DNA of 64,000 nucleotides, from NCBI GenBank assembly GCA_016218725.1, contig JACRDB010000098.1:7259-71258 (forward strand). The letters are read 5' to 3'. The notes under the pieces are model-generated. The model was given only the letters and a program-made list of their open reading frames with translations, was not told the DNA's origin and searched no databases. The DNA is from Deltaproteobacteria bacterium (GTDB lineage: Bacteria > Myxococcota_A > Polyangia > Polyangiales > Ga0077539). Below are positions 9,377 to 19,521 of the stretch, piece by piece (position 1 is the stretch's first letter; every line of letters begins with the position of its first letter). The position numbers and the translations under genes were made by a program.

Positions 9377-10309
9377 TCATGTCGCCGCCGGGTCCGAGAG
9401 CCACACCGCGAGGGCCGGAGCGTCGAGGTCCAACACCACGTCGCCCAGACGCACGGGGCCAAGGGAGTCCAACCTCGCAAGGAGCGCCGAGCGCTCTCCA
9501 TCGGTGACAGCTCGACCGAGGCGGCGCTCGAACTGCCGCAACAACGGCGCGAGGCCCTCGGAGCGGCCCTCGGAGCGGCCCTCGGACCGCTCTTCGGTTC
9601 GGATCCTGCGCTCCCTTTCCTCGGTGATCCTGGCGGCTTCCTGGTACCTCATTGATTCCTCCTCGGGAGTATAGCCCCCGATGCCCATCCGTGGCAGGTC
9701 GTGCCGCAACAACGTCAAGAGTGGCGCCAACATCTCCCGCTCCCAGGCGTCGCTCGGGAGCGCACGGAGATCCTCGAAGGCCGCCCGCAGTACCCGCTCC
9801 GTCCCAAGGAGGCGCAACAACAGGGTGTCCCGCGCGCGTGGGAGCTCCCTGACCACCGCCAGCCGCGGCACCCGCGCGCCTGGGTTCGCAAGGCATCCTC
9901 GGGGCCACCCGGCGACAGGCTCCAAGGCCCACGCGCTCACCACGGCGTCTGGCATGCCGGCGCTCACGATCCACAAGACCGGGCGAGCGGGAGGCGCCTC
10001 TCGCGGTGCGGGCAGCGCCCGCCACACCGCACGTTGCCGCGCGTGGAGGGCGATCACTTTGAGCAGGCACTCGTCCACCTCTTCGGGCGAGGGCGGATCG
10101 TGAAACGCCTCGATAGACGCAGGCTCGATCGCCATGCGTCCCAGAAGCCCTCGGGAGGCCAGCTCCCCGACCCGCCCGGGAAGCGGCTCCACCAACGTGT
10201 CGATGGCGCGTGCATCGGCCACTACGCTCTCCTCTGCGCGCACCACGCAGGGGCCCGTGAGCGCCCCCTCCAACAACCCCCGGGCCATCACGTCATACGG
10301 CTTCTGCAC
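9377..10309 (-). CDS. Rpn/YhgA-like (PD-(D/E)XK-related) protein with C-terminal DUF4351-like domain
   Basis: N-terminus (V/M)QKPYDVMARGLL, core ELPRARDTLLLRLLG, EGRSEGRSEG repeat, tail LLRQFERRLG...DLDAPALAVWL. Confidence 0.7.
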   Translation of the reverse strand: MQKPYDVMARGLLEGALTGPCVVRAEESVVADARAIDTLVEPLPGRVGELASRGLLGRMAIEPASIEAFHDPPSPEEVDECLLKVIALHARQRAVWRALPAPREAPPARPVLWIVSAGMPDAVVSAWALEPVAGWPRGCLANPGARVPRLAVVRELPRARDTLLLRLLGTERVLRAAFEDLRALPSDAWEREMLAPLLTLLRHDLPRMGIGGYTPEEESMRYQEAARITEERERRIRTEERSEGRSEGRSEGLAPLLRQFERRLGRAVTDGERSALLARLDSLGPVRLGDVVLDLDAPALAVWLSDPAAT

Positions 10310-10454
10310 GCCTCCACACCTCCTCAGACTCCCGCCCTCCCACGGCAGCGCCACCCCTCGCAAGGCTCACGGTGACATTCCCTGACCGCCCCGGGCCTCG
10401 TCCCGTGCGAGCGATGCCCTCGTGGTCGACTCCGGCCCCACCCGCCGAGCAGCG

Positions 10455-10495
10455 ACGGCGCTACACTCCCCCCGTGGACCCCCTGGACCGCGCCA
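10455..10495 (+). repeat. 41-bp direct repeat, copy 2 (contains TACACT -10 box and the GTG start of the oxidoreductase)
   Basis: acggcgctacactccccccgtggaccccctggaccgcgcca. Confidence 0.9.
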
Positions 10496-11874
10496 CCCTC
10501 GCCCTGGAGCGCGCCCTCGGGCCCTCCGTGGTGGACACCGACCCCACCCGCTGCGAGCCCTTCGCCCGCGATGAGTCCGAGGCCGAAGGCGTCACTCCTA
10601 GGTGTGTCGTACACGCGCGTACATCAGACGACGTGTCGGTGATACTACGACACTGTGAGGAAAACCGCGTGCCGGTGTTTCCTCGGGCGGCGGGGACGGG
10701 GCGCTCGGGCGGGGCCACGGCGGTGGTGCCCGGGGTGGTGCTGGACCTGCGGGCTCTGTCGCAGGTGAAGGAGCTCGATCGGGAGAACCTGCTGGCCGTG
10801 GTCGAGCCCGGGGTGGTCACCGGGACCTTCCACGCACTGGTGGAGGCCGAGGGGCTGTTCTACCCGCCGGACCCGCAGTCCGCGGAGACCTGCACCCTGG
10901 GCGGCAACGCGGCGGAGAACGCCGGAGGCCCCCGGGCGTTCAAGTACGGCGTGACCCGGGAGTACGTCCTGGGCCTCGAGGCCGTGACCATGGGCGGCGA
11001 GCGCCTCCGCGCCGGGCGCCGCACCGCCAAGGGCGTCACCGGCTATGACGTGACGGGGCTCCTCGTGGGCTCCGAGGGCACCCTGGCGGTGTTCACCGAG
11101 CTCACCCTGAGGCTCGTCCCCCAGCCGCCGCTCGTGTGTACGCTCCAGGCGCTCTTCGCCACCGTGGACGACGCGGGCCGGGCCGTCACCGCCCTGGTGG
11201 GCCGGCGCCTCGTACCGCGGTGCCTGGAGCTCCTGGACACGCTCTGCTGCCAGCTCCTGCGCGAGGCGGAGCCCTCCCTCCTGCCGCCGGGGGACTGCTG
11301 CATGCTCCTCCTGGAGCTCGACGGGGAGCACCCCGAGGCCCTGGAGCGCGACGCCTCGCGCCTCGCGGACGCATGCCTCCACGCCGGGGCCCGGAGCGTC
11401 CACCTGGCCCGGGACGAGGCCGAGCGGGCGCGCCTCTGGGCCGTGCGCAAGCGCATGTCCCGGGCCCTGCGCGCGCGCGCGGCGAGCAAGCTCTCGGAGG
11501 ACGTGGTGGGGCCCCGCACCCGCGTGCCGGAGCTCCTCTCACGCGCCCGGGCGATCTCCGAGAGGCACCGGGTGGTGATGCCCGCGTATGGTCACGCGGG
11601 GGACGGCAACCTCCACGTGAACTTCCTCTGGGACGACCCCGCGGACAAGCCCCGGGTGGAGCGGGCCATTGAAGCGCTCTTCCGGGCCACGCTGGACCTC
11701 GGGGGCACGCTCTCGGGCGAGCACGGCATTGGTGTCCTCAAGGCCCCGTTCCTCCCGTGGGAGCAGTCCCCGGCGCTGATCGCCATGCAACAACGGCTGA
11801 AATCGGTCTTCGACCCGAGCGGGTGCCTGAACCCGGGGAAGATCTTCCCCAGGCCGGGACACCTCGGGTGTTGA
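10474..11874 (+). CDS. FAD-linked oxidase, GlcD/D-lactate dehydrogenase family
   Basis: PRAAGTGRSGGA, YPPDPQS, GGNAAENAGG, KYGVTREYVLGL, GSEGTL, GHAGDGNLH, SGEHGIG, LNPGK. Confidence 0.92.
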   Translation: MDPLDRATLALERALGPSVVDTDPTRCEPFARDESEAEGVTPRCVVHARTSDDVSVILRHCEENRVPVFPRAAGTGRSGGATAVVPGVVLDLRALSQVKELDRENLLAVVEPGVVTGTFHALVEAEGLFYPPDPQSAETCTLGGNAAENAGGPRAFKYGVTREYVLGLEAVTMGGERLRAGRRTAKGVTGYDVTGLLVGSEGTLAVFTELTLRLVPQPPLVCTLQALFATVDDAGRAVTALVGRRLVPRCLELLDTLCCQLLREAEPSLLPPGDCCMLLLELDGEHPEALERDASRLADACLHAGARSVHLARDEAERARLWAVRKRMSRALRARAASKLSEDVVGPRTRVPELLSRARAISERHRVVMPAYGHAGDGNLHVNFLWDDPADKPRVERAIEALFRATLDLGGTLSGEHGIGVLKAPFLPWEQSPALIAMQQRLKSVFDPSGCLNPGKIFPRPGHLGC

Positions 11875-11880
11875 AGACCC

Positions 11881-13464
11881 TTACTCCCAGCGCGGATAGC
11901 GCGGCGCGGGCGTGGGCGCAGGGGCCTGCACCGGGGCCGGAGCGGGGGGCGGGGGGGCCGCCTCGGGCACCCTGAGGCGCCGCGCCCGGCGCTGGGCGCT
12001 GGAGCCCCGGGAGCGCTCATACACCCGGCGCCCGTGGCCGCGGCGGCGCTCCGTGGGCGGCTCCTCCGGGGTCGCAAGCACAGGCGGGGGCGTCGGTTGC
12101 GCCTCGGGCACCGCGAGCGGCGCGGGGGTGGGCTCGGGGACGCCAGGGCCCGCGGTGTCCGCCGGGGCGCGCCCGGGCTCCCCCCGGGCGCGCTCCGGAG
12201 GCGGCGCGGCGGTGGGCTCCGGAGGCCTCACGAGCTGCCCCGCGGCGGCCGGGGCCTGGGCCAGCGCCTCCGCGGTGGAGCTCCCCCGAAGGGGCCGCGT
12301 CGGGCTCCTCGGGCGCTCCTCCGCGGTGCCGCCCGAGAGCGTGGTAAGGCCCGCGATGAGCCCCACCACCAGGGCCGCCACCAGGAACACCGCGGAGCTC
12401 CCTCGGCGCGGCGCGGGCGTCGGCGGCGCGGGCGTCGGCACCTCGGTGCTGGTGGGCGGCGTGGACGGCACGGTGATGCGCGCCGTGCCCTCGACGGCGC
12501 TGCCGAGGAGCTCAAGAAAGGCCTCCGCGGTCTGCGGCCGGTCCGCCGGGTCCTTGGCGAGGCACTGGGCCACCAGGGCCTCCAGCGCCGGGGGGAAGGC
12601 CTGCCCCGGCGCCGCCTCGCCCAGCGTGGGAGGCTTCACCTTGATGTGGTTGGCCATCACCACCACGGCGTCGTCCTCGGTGAAGGGCGGGCGGCCCGTG
12701 AGCATGTGGAAGAGCAGCACCCCCACGGCGTAAAGATCGCTCCTGCCGTCCAGCGTGCGCCCCTGGGCCTGCTCCGGAGACATGTACCGCGGCGTGCCGA
12801 AGACCGTCCCCTCCTGGGTGGTGAGCGGGTCCAGCCCCCGGGGCTCCGGGTCCCGGATCTTGGCGATGCCGAAGTCCACCACCTTCACCACCTCGGCCTC
12901 GTCCTCGCGGCCGTGGACCCTCGCCAGGAAGATGTTGTCGGGCTTCAGGTCCCGGTGGATGATCCCCCGCGCGTGGGCCTCGTCCAGCGAGCGCAGCACG
13001 CCCTTGGCGGTGCGCACGGAGAAGCCCACGTCCATCGCCCCCTGGCGCTTCAGGCGCACCGAGAGCATCTCGCCCTCCAGGAGCTCCATGGCCAGGTACA
13101 AGAGCCCGTCCCGGGTCTGGCCGAAATCAAAGATGGTCACCGTGTTCGGGTGCTTGAGCTGCGAGAGCGTGCGCGCCTCGCGCTGGAAGCGCGCCACGGT
13201 CTCCGGGTCCGTGCCCAGGTCCCGGCGCAGCACCTTGAGCGCCACCAGCCTCCCGATGGGCGCCTGCTCCGCGCGGTACACGGTCCCCATGCCCCCGGCG
13301 CCCACCCGGCCGATGAGGGTGTAGCGCTCCGCCAGCGTGGTGCCCAGGAGCGGGTCGTCCCCCGCGGCGTCGTACTCCGCCTGCTCGACCGGCCTGCGCC
13401 CGTCAATGGGGCAGTGCTTCGCGTCGTCAGGGTACGTCGTTCGACACCGGGGACAGATCAACAC
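11881..13464 (-). CDS. Membrane-anchored Hanks-type Ser/Thr protein kinase with N-terminal zinc ribbon
   Basis: GGAGG RBS then GTG13464. CPRC..CPIDG ribbon, GAGGMG, VALK, HRDLKPDN, DFG, GTPRYMSPEQ, one TM segment, Pro-rich tail. Confidence 0.93.
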   Translation of the reverse strand: MLICPRCRTTYPDDAKHCPIDGRRPVEQAEYDAAGDDPLLGTTLAERYTLIGRVGAGGMGTVYRAEQAPIGRLVALKVLRRDLGTDPETVARFQREARTLSQLKHPNTVTIFDFGQTRDGLLYLAMELLEGEMLSVRLKRQGAMDVGFSVRTAKGVLRSLDEAHARGIIHRDLKPDNIFLARVHGREDEAEVVKVVDFGIAKIRDPEPRGLDPLTTQEGTVFGTPRYMSPEQAQGRTLDGRSDLYAVGVLLFHMLTGRPPFTEDDAVVVMANHIKVKPPTLGEAAPGQAFPPALEALVAQCLAKDPADRPQTAEAFLELLGSAVEGTARITVPSTPPTSTEVPTPAPPTPAPRRGSSAVFLVAALVVGLIAGLTTLSGGTAEERPRSPTRPLRGSSTAEALAQAPAAAGQLVRPPEPTAAPPPERARGEPGRAPADTAGPGVPEPTPAPLAVPEAQPTPPPVLATPEEPPTERRRGHGRRVYERSRGSSAQRRARRLRVPEAAPPPPAPAPVQAPAPTPAPRYPRWE

Positions 13465-13545
13465 CGACGTCTGGTCCTCCGAACGGTAGACGCCGCCCTT
13501 CCTGCAAGCGCGGCCAACTCCCTCTGTGATACCATCCCTCGACCG

Positions 13546-15504
13546 ATGCGTGGGGCCCCCAGCGCAAGATTTCACGGCGCACTCGGTGCCCTGGTGCTCG
13601 CAATCAGTGCGACCTCCACGCCGCAGGCCACGCCCCTGCGCCAGCGGGCCGGCGCCGAGGCGTGGCTCGCCGCGCTCCGGGACGCGGACCCCCAGGTGCG
13701 CCGGAGCGCCGCCTGGAGGCTCGGGGCATACGGCCCTCCGGGTGTGGGGCTCGCCATCGCCGACCGCCTCCGGGACGCCGCGCTCCGCGAGCCCGACCCC
13801 TCGGCGGGCATGGCCATGGTGTGGGCCCTGGCCACCGGGCGCCACCCGGAGAGCTACACGCGCCTCCTGGACCTGGCCCGCCGCGCCCAGGGCGCCCAGG
13901 AGCACCCCGCCGTGCTGGGCGCCACCTTGCGGGCCCTCGGGGCCCTCACCACCGGCCAGGACGCCGCCCTCCAGGTGCTCCTCCAGGCCGCGCGCCACGA
14001 CAACGCCGACGCCCCCGGAGGCCCCGAGGCCGAGGCCGCCGTCCTGGCCCTGGCCTCGCTCCCCGACGACGCCCTGGACACCACCATCCGCGCCGCGCGC
14101 AACAACCACCTCCAGCTCGCGGGCACCTTCCAGGCCCTGGGGCTGCGCGCGGACCCCCGCCGGGCCTCGCTCCTCCTGGAGCACCTCCGGGCCCGCGCAC
14201 CCACCGCCGAGACCAGCGCCGTGGAGGCCCTCGGGGCCCTGCGCACCCTGGAGTCCGTAGAGCTCCTCGCCCAGCGCCTCCGGAGCGATCGGGACCCCAG
14301 AGCCCGCCGCGCTGCGGTGAGAGCCCTGGGCCGCCTCCCCGGCGCCGCGGACCCGCTCCTCCTCGCCCGCTGTCTGGAGGAACCCCCCCTGCGCCAGGAC
14401 GCCCTGAGGGCCCTCGGTGCCCTCGGTGCCCCCTCGTCGGTATCCTCCATTGTCCCCTGGCTCTCGGCACCCCTGGAAGCCGACCGCGTGGACGCCGCCC
14501 AGGCCCTCGGGGCCCTCGGCGCGCCCCAGGCCGCCCCTCCCCTCCTCGCTCGCCTCCCCCAGGAGCCCTCCCGCAGGGTCCGCGTGGCCCTCTGGAGAGC
14601 CGCCCTGCGCGCAGACCCCAGGGCCACCCTCCCGGCCCTCGCCCGGAACTCCAGCGCCCCGGAGGCCCGCTGGACCCTCGTCGAAGCCGGCCTCCAGGGA
14701 CATTCTGTCCCTTGTCTCCCTGGAGATGACACCGCCTCGCGCTGGACCCGGGCGTTCGCGGGACAGAATGTCCCGTTTGAAACTCCTTTGGGATCGAGCT
14801 CACAAACGCGCCTCTCGTTGGCGCTGGTGCAGCGCTCTGCGGGGGGTGGGCCCCACCTGGGGTGGTGGCACACCGAGGACCAGGAGGAGGTGCGGGCGGC
14901 CCTGGCCCTGGCCCTTGGAGACTCCACGGGAGAGGGACGGGACGCCCTCACTCGGGACGTGCTGGCCGAGGACGACCCCGGGGTGGCGCTGCTCCTTGGG
15001 GCCTCGGGGCTGGCGAGGCAGGGCCACGGGGCGGTGGTGCCGGCGCTCCGTCGGTGGCTGCGTTCGCCCAGGGCCCTGGTGCGCGCCACCGCAGCGGCGG
15101 GCCTGGGGTGGCTTGGGGATCGGGCCTCGGCGCTGGCGCTGGAGGTGGCCCTGGCGCAGGAGACGGACCCCCAGGCTCGGGGGGCCCTGGCCCTGGCCCT
15201 GGCGGCGGTGGAGGGTCCCGGGGCCCTCCCGGCGCTGGAGGTGGCCCGCAGGACCGCGTGGACGCGGGACCTGGACGCGATGGTGCGCCGCGCGCTGGAG
15301 CGCGCCCGTCGGGGTGGCGGCCCCTGGCGCTTCGAGGGCACCGGGCTGGTGAGGCTGGAGGCGGTGCCCCCCGGGAGCGTGTGGGCGGTGGGCTGTCCCG
15401 ACGGCTCCTGGCGCTTCGGGGTGGCCTCCGAGGACGGGGTGGCCCTCATCCCCGGGGCGCCCTCTGCCGATAGTCCCTTGCAGCGTGTGGACACGGATCG
15501 CTAG
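13546..15504 (+). CDS. Exported HEAT/PBS-lyase repeat protein
   Basis: ATG13546 with signal-like N-terminus. Repeated DxDPxVRxxAAxxLG / ALRALGALG helices. Confidence 0.8.
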   Translation: MRGAPSARFHGALGALVLAISATSTPQATPLRQRAGAEAWLAALRDADPQVRRSAAWRLGAYGPPGVGLAIADRLRDAALREPDPSAGMAMVWALATGRHPESYTRLLDLARRAQGAQEHPAVLGATLRALGALTTGQDAALQVLLQAARHDNADAPGGPEAEAAVLALASLPDDALDTTIRAARNNHLQLAGTFQALGLRADPRRASLLLEHLRARAPTAETSAVEALGALRTLESVELLAQRLRSDRDPRARRAAVRALGRLPGAADPLLLARCLEEPPLRQDALRALGALGAPSSVSSIVPWLSAPLEADRVDAAQALGALGAPQAAPPLLARLPQEPSRRVRVALWRAALRADPRATLPALARNSSAPEARWTLVEAGLQGHSVPCLPGDDTASRWTRAFAGQNVPFETPLGSSSQTRLSLALVQRSAGGGPHLGWWHTEDQEEVRAALALALGDSTGEGRDALTRDVLAEDDPGVALLLGASGLARQGHGAVVPALRRWLRSPRALVRATAAAGLGWLGDRASALALEVALAQETDPQARGALALALAAVEGPGALPALEVARRTAWTRDLDAMVRRALERARRGGGPWRFEGTGLVRLEAVPPGSVWAVGCPDGSWRFGVASEDGVALIPGAPSADSPLQRVDTDR

Positions 15505-16018
15505 CGCAGGGTGTCTTGGGCTCCTCCTCGGGTGCGGGACCGCCGCGGGCGGGGACCATGTCGGTGAAGACCCGCTGAGGGACCCCCGAGGACGCTGGAC
15601 CGTGTATTTTCCCACACCCCCCTGGGAGCGGGTGGAGGTGACCGCGACCCGGGGGGTGCTCCGGGTGCCGGCGCCCCAGGGGACCCTGGTGATGGGGGGG
15701 CTCCCGGGCGCGCGCATGGGCGTCGTGGTGGAGGAGCGCTCGGGCACCACCGCGAGGCAGTGGGTGGAGGCCCAGGTGGCGTCCTCCGTGGGGCGCGGGG
15801 CGGTACTTACGAGGCCCCCCGCGGAGCGGGCGGTCACGGGCGGCAGGGTGCTCTCGGCCACGCTGGACGAGGGCTCCGGGGGACACCTCCTGGCCGCCGC
15901 GGACCTGCCGGGGGGAGGGACCCTCACGCTGGAGTTCCGTGCGCTCCGAGCGGTCACCGATGACCCGGACCTGACGGCCCTGGTGGCCTCCGTAGAGCTC
16001 CGAAGGAGCGCACCGTGA
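15485..16018 (+). CDS. Hypothetical lipoprotein
   Basis: Lipobox LLGC. Overlaps the neighbours in an operon-like way. Confidence 0.65.
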   Translation: MWTRIASAGCLGLLLGCGTAAGGDHVGEDPLRDPRGRWTVYFPTPPWERVEVTATRGVLRVPAPQGTLVMGGLPGARMGVVVEERSGTTARQWVEAQVASSVGRGAVLTRPPAERAVTGGRVLSATLDEGSGGHLLAAADLPGGGTLTLEFRALRAVTDDPDLTALVASVELRRSAP

Positions 16019-16548
16019 GGGCGCCGGGGGCGCTCTCGCTGGTGGTGGCCCTGGCCCTGTGGTCCCCGCCGCTCGTCGCGCAACCGGTGCGCCGGGGGCC
16101 TGCGGTGCTGGTGGGTTATCGCGCGCTGTCCCTGCCCAGGGACGGCGTGACGGGGGGCCGGGCTCACGGGGTGGAGGTGCACTTCTCGCCAGGGGGGAGG
16201 GTCCTGCCGCGCTGGGTGCGCTGGACCGCGGGGACCGAGCTGGCCTTTCGGGACGACGGCGCCGGGCGCTGGGATTTGTTCGTGTGGGCCACGTCGTGCG
16301 CGGGGTGGCAGCACCCGTGGCGCCACGCGGTGGTGAGCGCGGTCCTGCGCGGAGGGCTCGGGATGACCTCGCTGGTGCGCTTCGACCAGCGCTTCGGGGA
16401 GCTGTCCTGGGAGGCCGGGGCGGAGCTCGGACTGGACCTCCGGGTGGGGCGCGTAGGCCTGGGCGGCGCCCTGGGGGCCTCCCGGGTGGGCGAGGGGCCG
16501 CGCTACCACGACACGCTCACCTTGCGCGCCAGGCTCCTGTGGTTCTGA
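16015..16548 (+). CDS. Hypothetical small outer-membrane beta-barrel protein
   Basis: Signal peptide (LVA-Q), amphipathic beta strands, C-terminal aromatic WF. GTGA overlap with the upstream gene. Confidence 0.65.
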   Translation: MRAPGALSLVVALALWSPPLVAQPVRRGPAVLVGYRALSLPRDGVTGGRAHGVEVHFSPGGRVLPRWVRWTAGTELAFRDDGAGRWDLFVWATSCAGWQHPWRHAVVSAVLRGGLGMTSLVRFDQRFGELSWEAGAELGLDLRVGRVGLGGALGASRVGEGPRYHDTLTLRARLLWF

Positions 16549-16555
16549 CGGGTTC

Positions 16556-16585
16556 TTGACGGAGCGGGGCCTCCGAGGGGATGCT
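16556..16585 (+). promoter_or_regulatory. Putative sigma70-type promoter for xseB
   Basis: TTGACG-N18-GATGCT upstream of AGGAG RBS and GTG16605. Confidence 0.4.
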
Positions 16586-16604
16586 CCCGGGTAGGAGCAG
16601 CACC

Positions 16605-16871
16605 GTGGCCGAGGTCCCCCAGGCGCCCTCTACAGGCGAGAACACATCACTGGAGGCGATTCTGTCGCGCCTTGGCGAGGTGGTGGAGGCGCTGGAGAAG
16701 GGAGACCTCACGCTGGAGGACTCGCTCAAGACCTTCGAGGAGGGCGTGAAGCTCACCCGTGAAGGGCAGCGCAGGCTGGACTCCGCGGAGGCCCGGATCG
16801 AGAGCCTCCTGGCGCCGGAGAGCCCCCAGGGGGAGCCCAGGCTCCAGGTGGTACCGCTGCCAAGGCCCTGA
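16605..16871 (+). CDS. xseB: Exodeoxyribonuclease VII small subunit
   Basis: LEAILSRLGEVVEALEKGDLTLEDSLKTFEEGVKLTREGQRRLDSAEARI, the typical XseB pattern. Confidence 0.92.
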   Translation: MAEVPQAPSTGENTSLEAILSRLGEVVEALEKGDLTLEDSLKTFEEGVKLTREGQRRLDSAEARIESLLAPESPQGEPRLQVVPLPRP

Positions 16872-17040
16872 GGGGAGGGCGCCGCTGCGGAGAAAATGCC
16901 GCGGGGGCCGTGCGTGCAACACCCTGGACGGGCTTTGCGCAACGGTGGTAGAACCGCGGCGCCTGCGCGCGCGGGACACTCCTCCGCGCCGGCGAGGCCG
17001 CACCAGACGCGCGGCCCGAGCAGTCGGAGGGTACAGCACC

Positions 17041-19512
17041 ATGCGGCAGTCCGGACGGTTGGCTTTGATCCTTGCAACGCAGCTCTGGGGCGTCCCGCTC
17101 GTCGTGTACGGGCAGACACAGCCTCGCGGGCGCAACCCCTCGCCCCCGACGTCGAACGCCGGCGCGGGCGCGGAGGACGAGGAGGACGACGCGGAGGAGG
17201 AAGACGACGCGGCCAGCGCGCCGCGCACCGGCGGCGGCGGGGCCTCGGGCTCGGGGGGCGCCGGCCGTTCCCGCGGGGGGAGCGACAACGAGGACCAGGA
17301 GGGTGAGGGCGAGGACGAGACGGGCAACGGGGAGACCCCCGAGGCGCCCGCGCCCGCCGCCGCGCCGGAGACCGACGACGCGCGCAGGACGCGGATGTTG
17401 TCGCGCTGGTCTTCGCTGGACGGGTCCATCGGGCTCCTGCACGTGACCACGGCGGAGACGGGCGCCGCGGGGAGCTTCCGCTTCGGGCTCCTGGGGGAGT
17501 ACTTTGGCGCGTCGGAGTTCCTGCGGCCCACGGGGCTCACGGGCTCCATGGTGACGGGGCCGGACAGCGCGCGGCACATCGGCAGCACGCTCACCTTGTC
17601 CTACTCGCCGCTGGATTTTCTGGAGCTCTACGCGAACATCCGGGCGTACGCCAACAGCAACTCCCGGGAGCGTCCCTCGCTCTTCCAGGTGCTGGGGGAC
17701 ACGATCCTGGGCGCCAAGGGCGCGTACACCATCACCCGGGGCTTCTCCCTGGGCGGGGACGCGGCGCTGTACCTCCTCAACCGCTCCGGGGAGATCGGCC
17801 TCCTCGGGGAGTCCACGAGCTTCCACCTCCGGGCGCTGGCCACGCTGGACCTGAAGGAGCTCACGGGCACCGTGCCCCTCCGGCTGCACCTGAACCTGCA
17901 GTACCTCTTTGACAACAGCGGCGCCATCGTGCGCGACGTGGAGGGCCGCCGGCAGATGAACCAGCCGGGCTGGACCCCTACGCTGTGCACCGACGCGGCC
18001 ACGGCCAACAACCCCATCTGCCACCTGGAGGTGTCCCGCATCGAGCGCCACGCCCTGGGGATCAACCGGGTAGACCGCTTCGGGATCAACCTCGGGGTGG
18101 ACGCGGACCTGCCGTACGTGCGGCCCTTCCTGGAGTGGAGCGTCGGGGTGCCGGTCAACCGGCAGTCGTACCAGTGCTTCGACCCCGGCGGCCGCCCCGG
18201 CCCCGGCGGCGCCACGGACGATGACCTCTGCCTCGCCAACACGGGCTTCTCGTCCATCCCGTCGCGGATCTCCATTGGTGCCAGGGTGCTGCCGCCGGTG
18301 CGGGGCCTCTCCGCGGTGCTGGCGTTTGACATCGCCACCAGCGGGAGCTCGAGCTTCGTGCGGGAGCTGTCCCCCTCGAACCCGTGGCTGTTCTACCTCG
18401 GGACGGCCTTCGCCTATGACACGCACCCGCAGGTGCAGCGGGTGGAGGTCCCCGGCCCCGAGCGCACGGTCACCCGCGACGTGGACCGCACGCCCCCGGG
18501 CGGGCACATCGCGGGCCGCGTCACCGACGCGGAGAGCCACAGCGGCGTCACCGGCGCCATCGTGACCTTCACCGGCCAGAACGACATGCCCCTCCTGGCC
18601 ACCGCGGCGGACGGGCGCTTCCGCTCCGGGCGCATCGCCCCCGGGGAGTACCGCCTCCACGTCACCGCCCCGGACTACAACCCGGGCGACTGCACGGTCA
18701 CCATCGCCGCCCCCGCGGCGCCCTCCACCCCGGAGGGCGCGAGTGACACGGCGCCCGCGCCCAGCGCCGCGGCCGCGGACGTCGAGGCCACGGTGTCCTG
18801 CGAGCTCCGGGCGCTGCCGCGTCGGGGGAACATCACCGGCCAGGTGAACGCCGCCGGGGGGGCCTCGCCGGGGCCCGTCTCGGGCGTCACCGTGGTGCTG
18901 GAGCCCGCCGCGGGCTTCCAGGCCCCCGCCGGGCAGAGCGCCCCCACCACGCAGAACACCACCACCGACGGCGAAGGCCGCTTCAGCTTCAATGACCTCC
19001 TGGCCGGTGGGTACTCCCTCCGGGTGGAGCACGGCGAGCGCACCATGGCCAGCACCCCGACGCCCACCAACGTCGAGCCCCGGCAGACGGCCACGCAGAA
19101 CCTCACCGTCACCGGGCGCCCGCGGGTGCCCTCCGCGCGCATCGTCGGCCAGGTGATCCAGATCTCCCGGCAGGTGCACTTCCAGACCAACTCCGCGCAG
19201 ATCCTCCCGGACTCCAACACCCTCCTGGAGGAGATCGCCGACGTGCTCAACCGAAACCCGCAGCTCACCGCGGTCGAGGTCCAGGGCCACACGGACAACC
19301 AGGGCGCCGCCGCCGCCAACATGACCCTCTCCCAGAACCGCGCCGAGGCCGTGCGCCAGGCGCTGGTCAACCTCGGCGTGGCCAGCGACCGGCTCACCGC
19401 TCGGGGCTATGGCCTCACCCGCCCCATCCGGCCGAACCTCACGGTCCTCGGCCGCACCGCCAACCGCAGGGTGGAGTTCCACATCACCGCCCGCGCCCCC
19501 CGCAACCCGTAG
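17041..19512 (+). CDS. OmpA-family outer-membrane protein: beta-barrel + two carboxypeptidase-regulatory-like domains + OmpA C domain
   Basis: Signal peptide, acidic linker, barrel strands, GHIAGRVTDA/GNITGQV domains, HFQTNSA, EVQGHTD, LSQNRAEAV, NRRVEF. Confidence 0.88.
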   Translation: MRQSGRLALILATQLWGVPLVVYGQTQPRGRNPSPPTSNAGAGAEDEEDDAEEEDDAASAPRTGGGGASGSGGAGRSRGGSDNEDQEGEGEDETGNGETPEAPAPAAAPETDDARRTRMLSRWSSLDGSIGLLHVTTAETGAAGSFRFGLLGEYFGASEFLRPTGLTGSMVTGPDSARHIGSTLTLSYSPLDFLELYANIRAYANSNSRERPSLFQVLGDTILGAKGAYTITRGFSLGGDAALYLLNRSGEIGLLGESTSFHLRALATLDLKELTGTVPLRLHLNLQYLFDNSGAIVRDVEGRRQMNQPGWTPTLCTDAATANNPICHLEVSRIERHALGINRVDRFGINLGVDADLPYVRPFLEWSVGVPVNRQSYQCFDPGGRPGPGGATDDDLCLANTGFSSIPSRISIGARVLPPVRGLSAVLAFDIATSGSSSFVRELSPSNPWLFYLGTAFAYDTHPQVQRVEVPGPERTVTRDVDRTPPGGHIAGRVTDAESHSGVTGAIVTFTGQNDMPLLATAADGRFRSGRIAPGEYRLHVTAPDYNPGDCTVTIAAPAAPSTPEGASDTAPAPSAAAADVEATVSCELRALPRRGNITGQVNAAGGASPGPVSGVTVVLEPAAGFQAPAGQSAPTTQNTTTDGEGRFSFNDLLAGGYSLRVEHGERTMASTPTPTNVEPRQTATQNLTVTGRPRVPSARIVGQVIQISRQVHFQTNSAQILPDSNTLLEEIADVLNRNPQLTAVEVQGHTDNQGAAAANMTLSQNRAEAVRQALVNLGVASDRLTARGYGLTRPIRPNLTVLGRTANRRVEFHITARAPRNP

Positions 19513-19521
19513 GCCCCCACC

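Noticed and set aside
9555-9592. 12-bp triple repeat (ccctcggagcgg-like)
   Set aside because: Encodes the EGRS repeat typical of Rpn/DUF4351 linkers; not an independent element.
17041-19512. Assigning traB to the OmpA-family gene
   Set aside because: No thrombospondin type-3 repeats and no adjacent traA-like gene.
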